From Candidatus Eiseniibacteriota bacterium (GTDB lineage Bacteria > Eisenbacteria > RBG-16-71-46): a stretch of DNA of 64,000 bases. The notes below the pieces were generated by a model. That model was given only the letters and a program-made list of their open reading frames with translations, ran no database searches and was not told where the DNA came from. Where the stretch lies: the NCBI GenBank assembly GCA_041483195.1, contig JBGPFC010000016.1, forward strand, positions 1-64,000, written 5' to 3'. Positions 49,326 through 59,129 of the stretch are shown here, piece after piece. Position 1 is the first letter of the stretch. Each line of letters opens with the position of its first letter. Made by a program: the position numbers and the translations under genes.

Positions 49326-49831
49326 TTCAGCTTCTCCAGCAGCGCGTCCACCTTCGCCTCGTCCAGGTGCTCGTGGTATTCGAGCCCGGCCTGCAGGCAC
49401 GGCCCGCCGCCGCACGCCGCCAGGCACTCGACGCGCCGCAGCGTGAACCGGCCGTCCGGGGTGGTCTCGCCGTGCCCGATCCCGAGCTTCGACTCGAGAT
49501 GGCTGAACAGGCGGTCGGCGCCCATCAGCGAGCACGAGAGCGTCATGCACACCTGGAGATGATGGCGGCCGATCGGCTTCAGATTGAACATCGTGTAGAA
49601 GGTCGCGATCCCGAACACCTCGGGCTCCGGCAGCTCGAGGGTGCGGGCGACGAGCCTGAGCGCGGCGGGCGAGATCCACCCCCACTCGCGCTGCGCGATC
49701 CAGAGAATGGGCAGCACCGCCGAGCGCCGGAGCGGGTAGTGCGAGAGCGCATCGTCCACCTCCGCTCGGCGCGCGGCGGGCCACTCGAGCGGCGGGGCCG
49801 CGCTCTCGATCGAGACGACCGGCGCGCTCAC
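49322..49831 (-). CDS. nuoE: NADH-quinone oxidoreductase subunit E
   Basis: ATFYTMF and [2Fe-2S] ligands VCMTLSC, VECLAAC; GTG start. Confidence 0.94.
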   Translation of the reverse strand: MSAPVVSIESAAPPLEWPAARRAEVDDALSHYPLRRSAVLPILWIAQREWGWISPAALRLVARTLELPEPEVFGIATFYTMFNLKPIGRHHLQVCMTLSCSLMGADRLFSHLESKLGIGHGETTPDGRFTLRRVECLAACGGGPCLQAGLEYHEHLDEAKVDALLEKLK

Positions 49832-51006
49832 CGGTCGACCTCGCCCAGCACGATGTCGATGCTCCCGATGGCGGTGATCACGTCGGCGACCAGTCTTCCC
49901 TCGATCATGGTCGGAATCGTCTGGAGATTGACGAACGACGGCGAGCGCACCTTCATGCGCCAGGGCCGCGGGGTGCCGTCCGAGACGAAGTAGAAGCCGA
50001 GCTCGCCCTTCGGCGCCTCGATCGCGTGGTACGCCTCGCCCACCGGCGGGAAGAACCCGTGCGCGACGATCTTGAAATGGTGGATCAGGGCCTCCATCGA
50101 GGTCTTGACCTCTTCCTTGGGCGGGAGCACGTACTTGTAGTCGCGCAGGCGGTAGTCGCCGGGGCCCAGCTCGCGCAGGCGCCGGATCGCCTGATCCGCG
50201 ATGCGCGTGCTCTGGCGCATCTCCTCGACGCGCACCTGGTAGCGATCGTACGCGTCTCCCCCGGTGCCGATCGGGATCTCGAAGTCGTAGGCTTCGTAGC
50301 CGGAGTAGGGCTGGCTCTTGCGCAGGTCCCACTTGACCCCCGAGCCGCGCAGCACCGGCCCGGTCGCGCCCAGCGCGAGGGCGTCCTTCGCGGAGAGCGG
50401 CGCGACGCCCCTTGTGCGCGCGAGCCAGATCGGGTTCTTCGTGAGCAGCGCCTCGTACTCGTCGATGTGCGCCGGCATCTCGTCCACGAACGTCTGGCAA
50501 CGGTCGAGGAACCCCTCCGGGATGTCCATCGCGAGCCCGCCCACCCGGAAATAGGAAGCGGTCATGCGCGCGCCGCACACCTGATCGTAAATCGACAGCA
50601 CCCGCTCGCGCTCGCGGAAGCAATAGAAGAAGACGGTCATGGCGCCGATGTCGAGCGCGTGCGTCCCGAGCCACACGCAATGCGCGCTGATCCGGCTCAG
50701 CTCGGTGAGCAGCACCCGCACCGCCTGCGCGCGCGGCGGCGCCTCGATCGCCAGCAGGCGCTCCGCCGCGAGGCACAGCGCCAGGTTGTTGCTCATCGGC
50801 GCCAGGTAGTCCATGCGGTCGGTCTGCGGGATGGACTGGGTGTAGGTCTTGTACTCGGCCTGCTTCTCCATGCCGGTATGCAGGTAGCCGATGATCGGCC
50901 TGGCGCGCAGCACGGTCTCGCCGTCGAGCTCGAGCGCGACCCGCAGCACGCCGTGGGTCGCGGGGTGCTGGGGACCCATGTTGAGGGTCATGGTCTCAGT
51001 GCGCAC
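49828..51006 (-). CDS. nuoD: NADH-quinone oxidoreductase subunit D
   Basis: NMGPQHPATHGVLR, GYLHTGMEK, DRMDY, EAPKGELG, DIVLGEVDR. Confidence 0.97.
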   Translation of the reverse strand: MRTETMTLNMGPQHPATHGVLRVALELDGETVLRARPIIGYLHTGMEKQAEYKTYTQSIPQTDRMDYLAPMSNNLALCLAAERLLAIEAPPRAQAVRVLLTELSRISAHCVWLGTHALDIGAMTVFFYCFRERERVLSIYDQVCGARMTASYFRVGGLAMDIPEGFLDRCQTFVDEMPAHIDEYEALLTKNPIWLARTRGVAPLSAKDALALGATGPVLRGSGVKWDLRKSQPYSGYEAYDFEIPIGTGGDAYDRYQVRVEEMRQSTRIADQAIRRLRELGPGDYRLRDYKYVLPPKEEVKTSMEALIHHFKIVAHGFFPPVGEAYHAIEAPKGELGFYFVSDGTPRPWRMKVRSPSFVNLQTIPTMIEGRLVADVITAIGSIDIVLGEVDR

Positions 51007-51565
51007 GGTATCGAACCTTCTTCGGCGCGAGCTTCTTGAGCGTGGGGTCGGGCTTCATGCGGTGGGGCGTGTTGTGAGTGAAGGCGACCTCTTCGTAGCC
51101 CAGCGGGGAATCCTTGCGCAGCGGCCAGCCCACCCAGTCCTCGGGCAGCAGGATGCGCGTGAGGTCCGGGTGCCCCGTGAACTCGATGCCGTAGAAGTCG
51201 TAGGTCTCGCGCTCGTGCCAGTTGGCGGTGGGCCACACGCCGGCGACGGTCGGCACGCGTGGATTCTCCTCGGGCACCGCGACCTTCAGCGTGACGCGTG
51301 TGTTGCGCGTGAGCGAGAGCAACCCGTATGCGACCTCGAAGCGGGGCTCGCGCGGGAGCCAGTCGATGCCCGCGATCCACGACAGCATCGCGAAATCGAG
51401 CTCGGGGTCGTCGCGCAGGAAGGCGCAGATCTCCGCGATCCGTTCGGCCGGCACCATCAGCGTGAAGTCTCGGACCGCCTCGCCGGTCTGACGGTGAAAC
51501 GGCGCGTCGGGAAAGCGCTCGCGGAGGCGCTCCTCGATGCGCAGCGGCGTGAGGGCGGTGGTCAT
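50996..51565 (-). CDS. nuoC: NADH-quinone oxidoreductase subunit C
   Basis: [33 protein letters not shown]. Confidence 0.95.
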   Translation of the reverse strand: MTTALTPLRIEERLRERFPDAPFHRQTGEAVRDFTLMVPAERIAEICAFLRDDPELDFAMLSWIAGIDWLPREPRFEVAYGLLSLTRNTRVTLKVAVPEENPRVPTVAGVWPTANWHERETYDFYGIEFTGHPDLTRILLPEDWVGWPLRKDSPLGYEEVAFTHNTPHRMKPDPTLKKLAPKKVRYRAH

Positions 51566-52179
51566 GCCGCGCCCTTGGCCTTCTTCCTGCTCGGGAGGGG
51601 ACCGAGCTCGACCTTCGAGACGAGGATCTTCTCCTGCAGCTTCATGATCCCGTGAATGAGCGCCTCGGGGCGCGGCGGGCAGCCGGGCACGTAGACGTCC
51701 ACCGGCACGATCTTGTCGACCCCCTGGAGGATCGCGTAGTTGTTGAAAACGCCTCCGCAGGACGCGCACGCGCCCATCGAGATCACCCACTTGGGATCGG
51801 GCATCTGGTCGTACAGCTGGCGCAGCACCGGGGCCATCTTGATGCTGACCCGCCCCGCGACGATCATGAGGTCAGCCTGGCGCGGGGACGAACGAAACAC
51901 CTCAGCGCCGAAGCGAGAGATGTCGAAGCGCGGGCCGACGATCGCCATCATCTCGATCGCGCAGCAGGCCAGACCGAATCCGAGCGGCCAGATCGAATTC
52001 GCGCGGGACTGATTGACCGCCCAGCTCACGAGCTTCTCGGCCGACGTGAACAGCACGCCGCGCTCGACCTCTTCGCGGATCGCGTCGGCCTCGCTGATCG
52101 GCAGGTCGCGATGCGCCGGGGCGGCGGCCGGCGGCGGCGCGAGCGTGCGAAACGGATTCAGCGTCCCGTCGTCAGGCAA
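51562..52179 (-). CDS. nuoB: NADH-quinone oxidoreductase subunit B
   Basis: [34 protein letters not shown] start behind GAGGAGGT. Confidence 0.95.
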   Translation of the reverse strand: MPDDGTLNPFRTLAPPPAAAPAHRDLPISEADAIREEVERGVLFTSAEKLVSWAVNQSRANSIWPLGFGLACCAIEMMAIVGPRFDISRFGAEVFRSSPRQADLMIVAGRVSIKMAPVLRQLYDQMPDPKWVISMGACASCGGVFNNYAILQGVDKIVPVDVYVPGCPPRPEALIHGIMKLQEKILVSKVELGPLPSRKKAKGAA

Positions 52180-52257
52180 GCCCCACCTCCTCGCGCCGGT
52201 GGCCGTTCGCGGGTGCGGGGCGCACCCCGGAAACACGCGGGCCCAGGGTGCCGCGCC

Positions 52258-52611
52258 TCATTCCCATTCGAGGGCCCGCTTCTTCAGCAGGTAGAGATAC
52301 CCGACGAGCAGGACGACGATGAAGAGCAGCATCTCGACGAGGCCGTACATCCCGAGCGCCCGAAACGCGACCGCCCACGGGTACAGGAACACCGCCTCGA
52401 TGTCGAACAGGATGAAGAGCACGGCCACCAGGTAGAACTTCACGGAGAACCGCGCCCGCGCATCGCCCACCGGCTCGACGCCGCATTCGTACGGCGAGTT
52501 CTTGATGGCGTTGGTGCGCCTCGGGACGATGATGGTCGACAGGCCGATCGTGCCCGCCGCGAAGGCGAATCCCACGGCCACGAACAGCAGCACCGGCAGG
52601 TACTCTCTCAT
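52258..52611 (-). CDS. nuoA: NADH-quinone oxidoreductase subunit A
   Basis: PYECG, FYLVAVLFILFDIE, ALEWE. Confidence 0.96.
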   Translation of the reverse strand: MREYLPVLLFVAVGFAFAAGTIGLSTIIVPRRTNAIKNSPYECGVEPVGDARARFSVKFYLVAVLFILFDIEAVFLYPWAVAFRALGMYGLVEMLLFIVVLLVGYLYLLKKRALEWE

Positions 52612-52666
52612 GCCACCCCTCAGGCCTCCCCGAAGCACCTCATGCGAAGCGTGCGGTGGAATTCGC

Positions 52667-52696
52667 ACCCTAGCGGCCGCGCGGAACGAGCGTCAA
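52667..52696 (-). promoter_or_regulatory. Putative sigma70 promoter of nuoA
   Basis: TTGACG - 18 nt - TAGGGT; the -35 overlaps the etfA stop. Confidence 0.45.
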
Positions 52697-53673
52697 GCGC
52701 GCTGCGCGTTGAGCTCCCGCACCGCGCGCGCGAGCGCCGGCACGATCTCGAACAGGTCCCCCACCACGCCGTAGTCCGCGACCTTGAAGATGGGCGCATC
52801 CGGATCTTTGTTGATAGCCACGATGCAACGCGACGACGACATCCCGGCCAGGTGCTGGATCGCGCCCGAGATCCCCACCGCGACGTAGAGCTTGGGCGAA
52901 ACCGTCTTGCCGGTCTGGCCCACCTGATCGGCGTGCGGGCGCCAGCCCGCGTCCACCACGGCGCGCGATGCGCCGACCGTCGCGCCCAGCGCGTCTGCGA
53001 GTTCCTCGATCAGATGGAAATTCTCGGGGCCCTTGAGCCCGCGGCCGCCCGAGACGATGATCTCGGACTCCGTGAGGTCGATCTTGCCGCCCGCGGAGGC
53101 CGCGGTCCGCACGACGCGCGCGCGGTAGGTGGCCGGATCGTAATCGAGCGCGAGCGGTTCCACCGCCGCGACGCCGCCCGGATGGCTCACCGCCGCGAAG
53201 ATCTTGGGGCGCAGCGACACCAGCGCCGGGGTGTGCGGAAAGGCCACGGTCTGGAGCGCCTTGCCCGCGAAGACCGGGCGGGTCGCGACCAGACGGCCGC
53301 CGGAGGCCGAAAGCGCCGTGCAGTCCGACGCGAGCCCCAGGCCGAGCCGCGCGGCGACGCGCGGGGCGAGATCGCGCCCCATCGCCGAAGCGGCGAACAG
53401 CACGACCGAAGGCGTGAGTGCCGCGATCGCGGCCGCGACCGCATGGGCGTAACCCTCCGCGTGGTAGAAGGCGAAGGCGTCGTGACGCGCGAAGAGCACG
53501 CGCGCCGCGCCCGCTTCACCCAGGCCCGAGAGCCCGGGGTCGGCGGCGGCCGCGCACACGCCCACCACCTCGCCTCCCAGCGCTCCGGCGAGGCGGGTGG
53601 CCTCGCCCAGCACCTCGCGCGCGCCGCTGCGCACGTGCCCGTCGCGCTGCTCGATGACCGCCAGGATGCTCAT
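52693..53673 (-). CDS. etfA: Electron transfer flavoprotein subunit alpha
   Basis: [45 protein letters not shown]. Confidence 0.96.
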   Translation of the reverse strand: MSILAVIEQRDGHVRSGAREVLGEATRLAGALGGEVVGVCAAAADPGLSGLGEAGAARVLFARHDAFAFYHAEGYAHAVAAAIAALTPSVVLFAASAMGRDLAPRVAARLGLGLASDCTALSASGGRLVATRPVFAGKALQTVAFPHTPALVSLRPKIFAAVSHPGGVAAVEPLALDYDPATYRARVVRTAASAGGKIDLTESEIIVSGGRGLKGPENFHLIEELADALGATVGASRAVVDAGWRPHADQVGQTGKTVSPKLYVAVGISGAIQHLAGMSSSRCIVAINKDPDAPIFKVADYGVVGDLFEIVPALARAVRELNAQRA

Positions 53674-53683
53674 CGCCGCCCTC

Positions 53684-54433
53684 TCAGATCGCCCGCGCTT
53701 CGTCGCGCAGGACACGCACCAGCACGGGCACGGCGTCCACGCCCTGGCCGACGATCCGCCCCGGAGGGCGCGCGGGCGGCAGCGCGAGCGACACGATCTC
53801 GAGCGCGCTCCCGCCCGGCACCGCCGGTTTCTCGTCGATGGTCTTCTTCTTCGCCGCCATGATGCCCTTGAGCGAGGCGTAACGGGGCTGGTTGAGTCCC
53901 TTCTCGGTCGTGAACACGGCGGGCAGTGTGACCTCGACGACCTCGCGGCCGCCCTCGATCTCGCGCTCGGCGACCGCGCGCGCGCCATCGAGCGCGAAAG
54001 ACCCCACCACGGTGACGCAGGGGAGACCGAGCAATTGAGCGAGCATCGGCCCCACCTGGGCCGCGTCGTCATCCACCGCCTGTTTTCCGAGCCACACGAG
54101 CTCGGGAGCGAGCGCACCGATCTCGGCCGCCAGGGCGCGCGCGATCTGAAGGGGATCGAGCGCGGCGTCGGCGCGCAGGTGCACGGCGCGGTCCGCGCCC
54201 ATGGCGAGCGCGCTGCGGAGCGTGGTCTGCACCGTGGGTCCGCCGAGCGAGACCACGACGACCTCTCCAGCGCCCTGCTTCTCGCGGATCGAGAGGGCCT
54301 GTTCGACCGCGATTTCGTCGTACGGGTTCAGGATCCACGTGACGCCCGCGGGATCGAGGCTCCTGCCGTCTGGCGCGACGCGGACCCGGGTCTCGGTATC
54401 CGCCACCTGCTTGATGCAGACCACCTGAAGCAC
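53684..54433 (-). CDS. etfB: Electron transfer flavoprotein subunit beta
   Basis: VCIKQVAD, NPYDEIAVE, ALAMGADRA, GKQAVDDD, NQPRYASL; GTG start. Confidence 0.95.
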   Translation of the reverse strand: MLQVVCIKQVADTETRVRVAPDGRSLDPAGVTWILNPYDEIAVEQALSIREKQGAGEVVVVSLGGPTVQTTLRSALAMGADRAVHLRADAALDPLQIARALAAEIGALAPELVWLGKQAVDDDAAQVGPMLAQLLGLPCVTVVGSFALDGARAVAEREIEGGREVVEVTLPAVFTTEKGLNQPRYASLKGIMAAKKKTIDEKPAVPGGSALEIVSLALPPARPPGRIVGQGVDAVPVLVRVLRDEARAI

Positions 54434-54473
54434 GGAAGCCCTCGTCTCATGAGCCGGCGCGAGCCGCGGAACT

Positions 54474-54491
54474 TTGGTCAAACTTTCACAA
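54474..54491. promoter_or_regulatory. Rex-like operator upstream of etfB
   Basis: TTGGTCA-AACT-TTCACAA versus the Rex consensus TTGTGAA-N4-TTCACAA (one perfect half, 4/7 in the other). Confidence 0.4.
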
Positions 54492-54767
54492 TCTGACTCG
54501 CAGGCCGCGTTGGCGCGGCCTGGCGGGTATCCAGCGGCGCAGTCTCGCTGCTCTCCGCGCGGAGTGTCAAGCGACCACGGGGTCCGCGCCGCGCCGCGCC
54601 GGGACCCGTTCCGTCGCGAAATGTCGCCGCGATCGTCGCCGGGTACCGCAAACGCATCCCGGATTCCGGGGCACATGCGCATTGACGCTCGCGGCCACCC
54701 TGTGTCAGGCTTTTTGTGGTTTGGTTCGCCCGATCCATTTGGCCAGCCCCTGGGGACGGAGGATCCG

Positions 54768-55355
54768 TTGAAAACCATCAGCGCCATCGTCGAGATCGAG
54801 GAGTTGGGCCGCCGAATCCGCAAGCTCCGCCTCGACTGCCGGATGACACTCAAACAGGTCGAAAAGTCCTCCGGCCTGTCCGCCACGCACCTCTCCGAGA
54901 TCGAGCGGGGCCGCACCTCCCCGACGATTGGCGCGCTGGTCCGCATCGCGCGGGCGCTCCATCGCGACGCCTCGTACTTCATCGAGCGCGAGGAGCGCAC
55001 CGAAGTCGCTCACCAGACGTACGAGCGCGTGCAGCGATTGGCTCCGAGCCCCGGGGTGACGGCCGAGGTGCTCACGCCGGGCATTCCAGGCAGCAGGATC
55101 TTCAGCTACCGCCTGCTCCTCGGCGCATCGCCCCGCTCCGAATTGAAGCTTCCCACCCACGAGATTCCGGGTGACGCGCTCTACTACGTGCGCCAGGGCG
55201 CGATCGACGTCGAGTTCGGGGACCAGCGGGTCACGCTCTCGGCCGGGGACTCTGCTCAGGCCACGTTCGCGGTGCCGCATCGCGTGCGCGCGGCGCACGG
55301 CGCCGACGCAGAAGTCATCGCCATTCTCACGCGCTCGCTGGACGAACAGCCATGA
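54768..55355 (+). CDS. XRE-family HTH regulator with C-terminal cupin domain
   Basis: LGRRIRKLR..MTLKQVEKSSGLSATHLSEIERGRTSPT; cupin (YVRQG...LSAGDS...PHR); TTG start with GGAGG. Confidence 0.88.
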   Translation: MKTISAIVEIEELGRRIRKLRLDCRMTLKQVEKSSGLSATHLSEIERGRTSPTIGALVRIARALHRDASYFIEREERTEVAHQTYERVQRLAPSPGVTAEVLTPGIPGSRIFSYRLLLGASPRSELKLPTHEIPGDALYYVRQGAIDVEFGDQRVTLSAGDSAQATFAVPHRVRAAHGADAEVIAILTRSLDEQP

Positions 55356-55395
55356 GACCGCGCCAGAGTACCGCATCCATCCACGGAGAACGCGC

Positions 55396-56022
55396 ATGAC
55401 ACACGAGACCCACGCGATCCTCGAATCCGCCGGCGCCGAAGGCACGCATCCGCTCCGGCCGCGCGATCCCTCGCCCACCGAGCTCGGCCGCCGCATCAAG
55501 CTGTTGCGTGTCTCGCGCGGACTCACGCTCAAGGATCTCGAGGAGCGCGGCGGCATCTCGGCCACCCACGTTTCGGAGATCGAGCGCGGCAAGGCGTCGC
55601 CGACGGTGGGCGCGCTCGGACGGATCGCGCGCGCGCTCGGCATGCGACCGGCGACGCTGGTCGAGCCCTACGTGCTGCCCGAGGTCACCGTCATGCGCGC
55701 GCAGGACCGCGAAGGACGCTTCGTGCAGTGGGGCTCCGCGCGGCTCGCGCCGCTCACAGAGCCCGTGCAGTGCGCGCTGGTGAGCGCGCAGCTGCTCACC
55801 CTCCCGATCGGCCGCGAGCCGGCACTCTCGCACTGTCACGAGGGCGAGGAGTGGGTGACCGTGTTGTCGGGCGTCGCGGAGATCCGCGTCGACGGCGAGC
55901 AATTCGTATTGCGCGAGGGCGAGTCGCTCCACTTCCGCTCCCATCGCCAGCATTCGTATTCGAATCTCGCGTCGAGCCCCGCGCTGCTGCTGATGGCGAG
56001 CCGCCCGAGACTGGCGCTCTAG
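55396..56022 (+). CDS. XRE-family HTH regulator with C-terminal cupin domain (tandem paralogue)
   Basis: LGRRIKLLR..LTLKDL..GISATHVSEIERGKASPT; cupin HCHEGEE...LREGESLHF..QHSYSN. Confidence 0.9.
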   Translation: MTHETHAILESAGAEGTHPLRPRDPSPTELGRRIKLLRVSRGLTLKDLEERGGISATHVSEIERGKASPTVGALGRIARALGMRPATLVEPYVLPEVTVMRAQDREGRFVQWGSARLAPLTEPVQCALVSAQLLTLPIGREPALSHCHEGEEWVTVLSGVAEIRVDGEQFVLREGESLHFRSHRQHSYSNLASSPALLLMASRPRLAL

Positions 56023-56041
56023 CCCCGCGCGGCGGGCGCGT

Positions 56042-57337
56042 TCACCATTCCAGCCGATCGTCCGCGCGCCGCGCGGCGAGCTCGCCCGGCGTCTCGCCGG
56101 CCCGCGCGCGACGCAGCATCGCCCCTTCGATCACCAGCTCGGCGAGCCGTCCGCGGCCGTTGTAGTTGGACGCCATCGAAGCGCCATACGCTCCGGCGTC
56201 GAGCACCGCCACCAGATCGCCGGGCTCGAGCGGTGGCAGCGAGGCGGCCGCCGCGAACACGTCTCCGCTCTCGCAGACCGGACCCACCACCGTCGCCGCC
56301 ACGCTCGCACCGGCGCGCGGGCGCACCGGCACGATGCGGTGCGGGGCGCCGTACAGCGCGGGCCGGATGAAATCGTTCATCCCCGCGCCGAGCACGATGA
56401 AGCGCCGCGGCGCGCCGGCTCCTGAGGCGGCCCTGTGCTTGACTCCCAGCACTTCGGCGAGCAGCACGCCGATCGGGGCCGTCATCCAGCGTCCGGGCTC
56501 GAGCACCCACTCGAGATCGCGGCCGCGTGCGCGCTCGGCCAGTCGCGCGGCGTGGCGCTCGAGCGGAAACTCCGCCCCCGCGCCGGAGTAGTCGACGCCG
56601 AATCCCCCGCCGAGATTGACGAACGCGAGCGGCGCCCCGCGCCGCGCGGAAGCATCCACGAGCGCGAGCCCGGCCTCGGCCGCGGCTTCGAGCGGCGCAG
56701 GATCGAGCAGCTGCGAGCCCACGTGCAGGTGGAGGCCATCGAGCGCGAGATGCGGCCAGCGCGGCCGTCCCTCCCACGCCGCGAGCGCGTCCGCCTCGCT
56801 CATTCCGAACTTCGCGTCGTCGCCGCCGGTCGCGACGTAGGGGTGCCCGGGGATCTCGATGCCCGGGTTCACGCGCAGCGCGACACGCACCCTGGATCCG
56901 GCGGACGCCGCCGCCCGCTCGAGCAGGTCGAGCTCCGGGACCGCGTCCGCGTTGACGGAGTGCGCCCCCTCCCGCGCCACCCACGCCGCTTCCTCGCGCG
57001 TGCGCCCGTTGCCGTTGAGCACGCGGCACGCCGGGGCGAAGCCCGCCGCGCGCACCAGCTCGAGCTCGCCGAGCGAGCCCGCGTCCGCGCCCAGCCCGGC
57101 GGCGCGCGCGCGATCGAGCAGCGCCGGCAGCCCGTTCGCCTTGACCGCGAGCGCGACCAGCGGATCGAGCGCTGCGAAGGCCGCGCGGAAGCGCCGCGCG
57201 CGGGCGTCGAACGCATCGAGATCGTACACCCAGCACGCGTGCGCGTCGGGCTCGAGCCGGCGCAGCGCTTCGAACGCCCGGTCGAGCGGGACTCCGCCGA
57301 GCGCGAGCGCGGCGCCCCCCGGATCCGACCCGCTCAC
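56042..57337 (-). CDS. lysA: Diaminopimelate decarboxylase
   Basis: AVKAN, ALRVNP, KFG, HLHVGSQ, NLGGGFG, EPGR, IRPALYGA, GPVCESGD, GAYGASMASNYN. Confidence 0.92.
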   Translation of the reverse strand: MSGSDPGGAALALGGVPLDRAFEALRRLEPDAHACWVYDLDAFDARARRFRAAFAALDPLVALAVKANGLPALLDRARAAGLGADAGSLGELELVRAAGFAPACRVLNGNGRTREEAAWVAREGAHSVNADAVPELDLLERAAASAGSRVRVALRVNPGIEIPGHPYVATGGDDAKFGMSEADALAAWEGRPRWPHLALDGLHLHVGSQLLDPAPLEAAAEAGLALVDASARRGAPLAFVNLGGGFGVDYSGAGAEFPLERHAARLAERARGRDLEWVLEPGRWMTAPIGVLLAEVLGVKHRAASGAGAPRRFIVLGAGMNDFIRPALYGAPHRIVPVRPRAGASVAATVVGPVCESGDVFAAAASLPPLEPGDLVAVLDAGAYGASMASNYNGRGRLAELVIEGAMLRRARAGETPGELAARRADDRLEW

Positions 57338-57951
57338 CGGCCGGGCTCCGCGCGCGCGATCGAGTCGATGCGCCTCCGCGCCTCCTCGAGGTCGGCGGGC
57401 GTGTTGAGGTTGAAGAACGGGTCGTCTCCGCCGATCCGCGCGCTCGCGGCCTCATCCAGCAGCAGCGCATCGAGCGCGAGCACGGCGGGCGTGAGGGCAC
57501 GTTCGCCGCGCGCGAGCGCCGCCGCGAGCGCCGGCGCGGCGGCGGGGGCGTAAGCCGCCGCCAGCGGCTGCGGCACGCCGCGCGGCGACGGCAGCGCCGC
57601 AGCATGGCCGGGCAGGCATGCGAGCATCGCCCCGAGCGCCGCGGGCGACATGAACGGAAAATCCACGCCGAGCGCGACCGCCCGATCGAACGGCCGCGCC
57701 GCGAGGCCCGCGACCAGTCCCGCGAGCGGACCCCCGGCGCCCGCCACGTCGTCGACGCGCGCATAGGCATGGCGCGGCAGCTCGCACCCGCGCGGCGCAG
57801 CGATCACGATCGCGTCGCAGACCGACTCGAGCACGCGGACCGCGCGGGCGAGCAGCGAGACCCCGCCGACCTCCGCGAACGCCTTGGGTCCCGCGAGCCC
57901 GAGGCGGGCGCCGCGCCCGCCGGCCACCAGCACGCCCAGCGTGCGCTCCAT
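57334..57951 (-). CDS. mobA: Molybdenum cofactor guanylyltransferase
   Basis: VAGGRGARLG...KA, GPLAGL, VDFPF, QPLAAAY, FFNLNTPADL. Confidence 0.88.
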   Translation of the reverse strand: MERTLGVLVAGGRGARLGLAGPKAFAEVGGVSLLARAVRVLESVCDAIVIAAPRGCELPRHAYARVDDVAGAGGPLAGLVAGLAARPFDRAVALGVDFPFMSPAALGAMLACLPGHAAALPSPRGVPQPLAAAYAPAAAPALAAALARGERALTPAVLALDALLLDEAASARIGGDDPFFNLNTPADLEEARRRIDSIARAEPGR

Positions 57952-57952
57952 G

Positions 57953-58936
57953 TCAGTATCCCGCCCGCTTGTCCACGACGTTGGCCAGCGGCCGAGAGTC
58001 GAGGTACGCGCGCAGGTTGCCCGCGAACAATTCGACGGCGCGTTCCCAGTACCGCGGCCCGAGACCCGAGACGTGCGGCGTCGCGATCACCTGTGGCATG
58101 GACCACAGCGCGCTCTCCGCCGCGAGCGGCTCGCGGCGGAACACGTCGAGCGCCGCGCCGGCGATGCCGCCCGAGCGCAGGGCGTCGATCAGCGCGTCTT
58201 CGTCCACCAGGTCGCCGCGGCCCAGGTTGACGAGCAACGCGCCGGGCCGCATGCGCGCGATCCGGTCGCGACTCATCAACCCGCGCGTCTCCGCCGTGAG
58301 CGGCGCCGCGAGTACGAGGATGTCGGCGCGCGCGACCAGCGCATCGAGGCGCTCGACCCCCCACTGCTCGTCGGCGGGCGCGGGCGGCGAGGACGGATGG
58401 TGGCGCACCGCGATCACGTGGAGGCCGAGGGCGCGCGCGCGACTCGCGATCGCGGAGCCCACCGCGCCGAGCCCCACCAGGCCGAGGGTCTTCCCCGAGA
58501 GCTCGCCGATCGGCGGCGCGTCCGTCCACAGCGAGCGCTGCGTCCAGCGACGCTCGTGCTGCGCGTCGCGGGCGAGATGCAGCTTGCGGGTGAACGCGAG
58601 GATCACGCCCAGCGTGTGCTCGGCCATCGCGGTCGCGTGGAGCCCGCGCCCGTTGGTCAGCACGACATCGCTCTCGACCAGCGCCGGAAACAGCTGCGCC
58701 CCCGCGCCGGCGGCCGTGATCTGGATCCAGCGCAGCATCGAGGCGGAGGCGAAATTGTCGGCGGTCACCGCCCAGCCGAACACCACCTCGGCGCCCGGCA
58801 GCATCCGGTCGGCCCCGGCCTGGTCGGCCGGCGCCACGAACTCGACCGAGGGAAACGACGCCCGCAGCGAATCGACGAGGGCCGGCGGAAGATTCCATAC
58901 GCCGTCCTTCGATCGATTGAATTCCAGCACGCGCAT
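57953..58936 (-). CDS. D-2-hydroxyacid dehydrogenase family protein
   Basis: LTNGRG, GLGAVG, PLTAET, NLGRG, LDVF..EPL, TPHVSG, VDKRAGY. Start 58936 or 58945. Confidence 0.9.
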   Translation of the reverse strand: MRVLEFNRSKDGVWNLPPALVDSLRASFPSVEFVAPADQAGADRMLPGAEVVFGWAVTADNFASASMLRWIQITAAGAGAQLFPALVESDVVLTNGRGLHATAMAEHTLGVILAFTRKLHLARDAQHERRWTQRSLWTDAPPIGELSGKTLGLVGLGAVGSAIASRARALGLHVIAVRHHPSSPPAPADEQWGVERLDALVARADILVLAAPLTAETRGLMSRDRIARMRPGALLVNLGRGDLVDEDALIDALRSGGIAGAALDVFRREPLAAESALWSMPQVIATPHVSGLGPRYWERAVELFAGNLRAYLDSRPLANVVDKRAGY

Positions 58937-59057
58937 GACGCTCACGGCGGCATGGTGCCACAGCGGCGCGGCGGCGCGCGAGCGGCCCGCGCGAGGCGCC
59001 GGGTACGCGGCCGGACGCGCGGGACTCGGCGCCCAACGGGCGCGTCCCACGATTCGC

Positions 59058-59086
59058 TTGCGCCCCGCGTGGCACCCGGATAGATT
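59058..59086 (+). promoter_or_regulatory. Putative sigma70 promoter
   Basis: TTGCGC - 17 nt - TAGATT. Confidence 0.5.
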
Positions 59087-59129
59087 GCACGCATTCTGCG
59101 GTAACCGACCGGTGCGAGGAGGGTGTCAT

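Noticed and set aside
59070..59088. Sigma54 -24/-12 promoter (TGGCAC...TTGC)
   Set aside because: The spacing is 4 nt too long for the strict GG-N10-GC rule; a sigma70 reading fits better.
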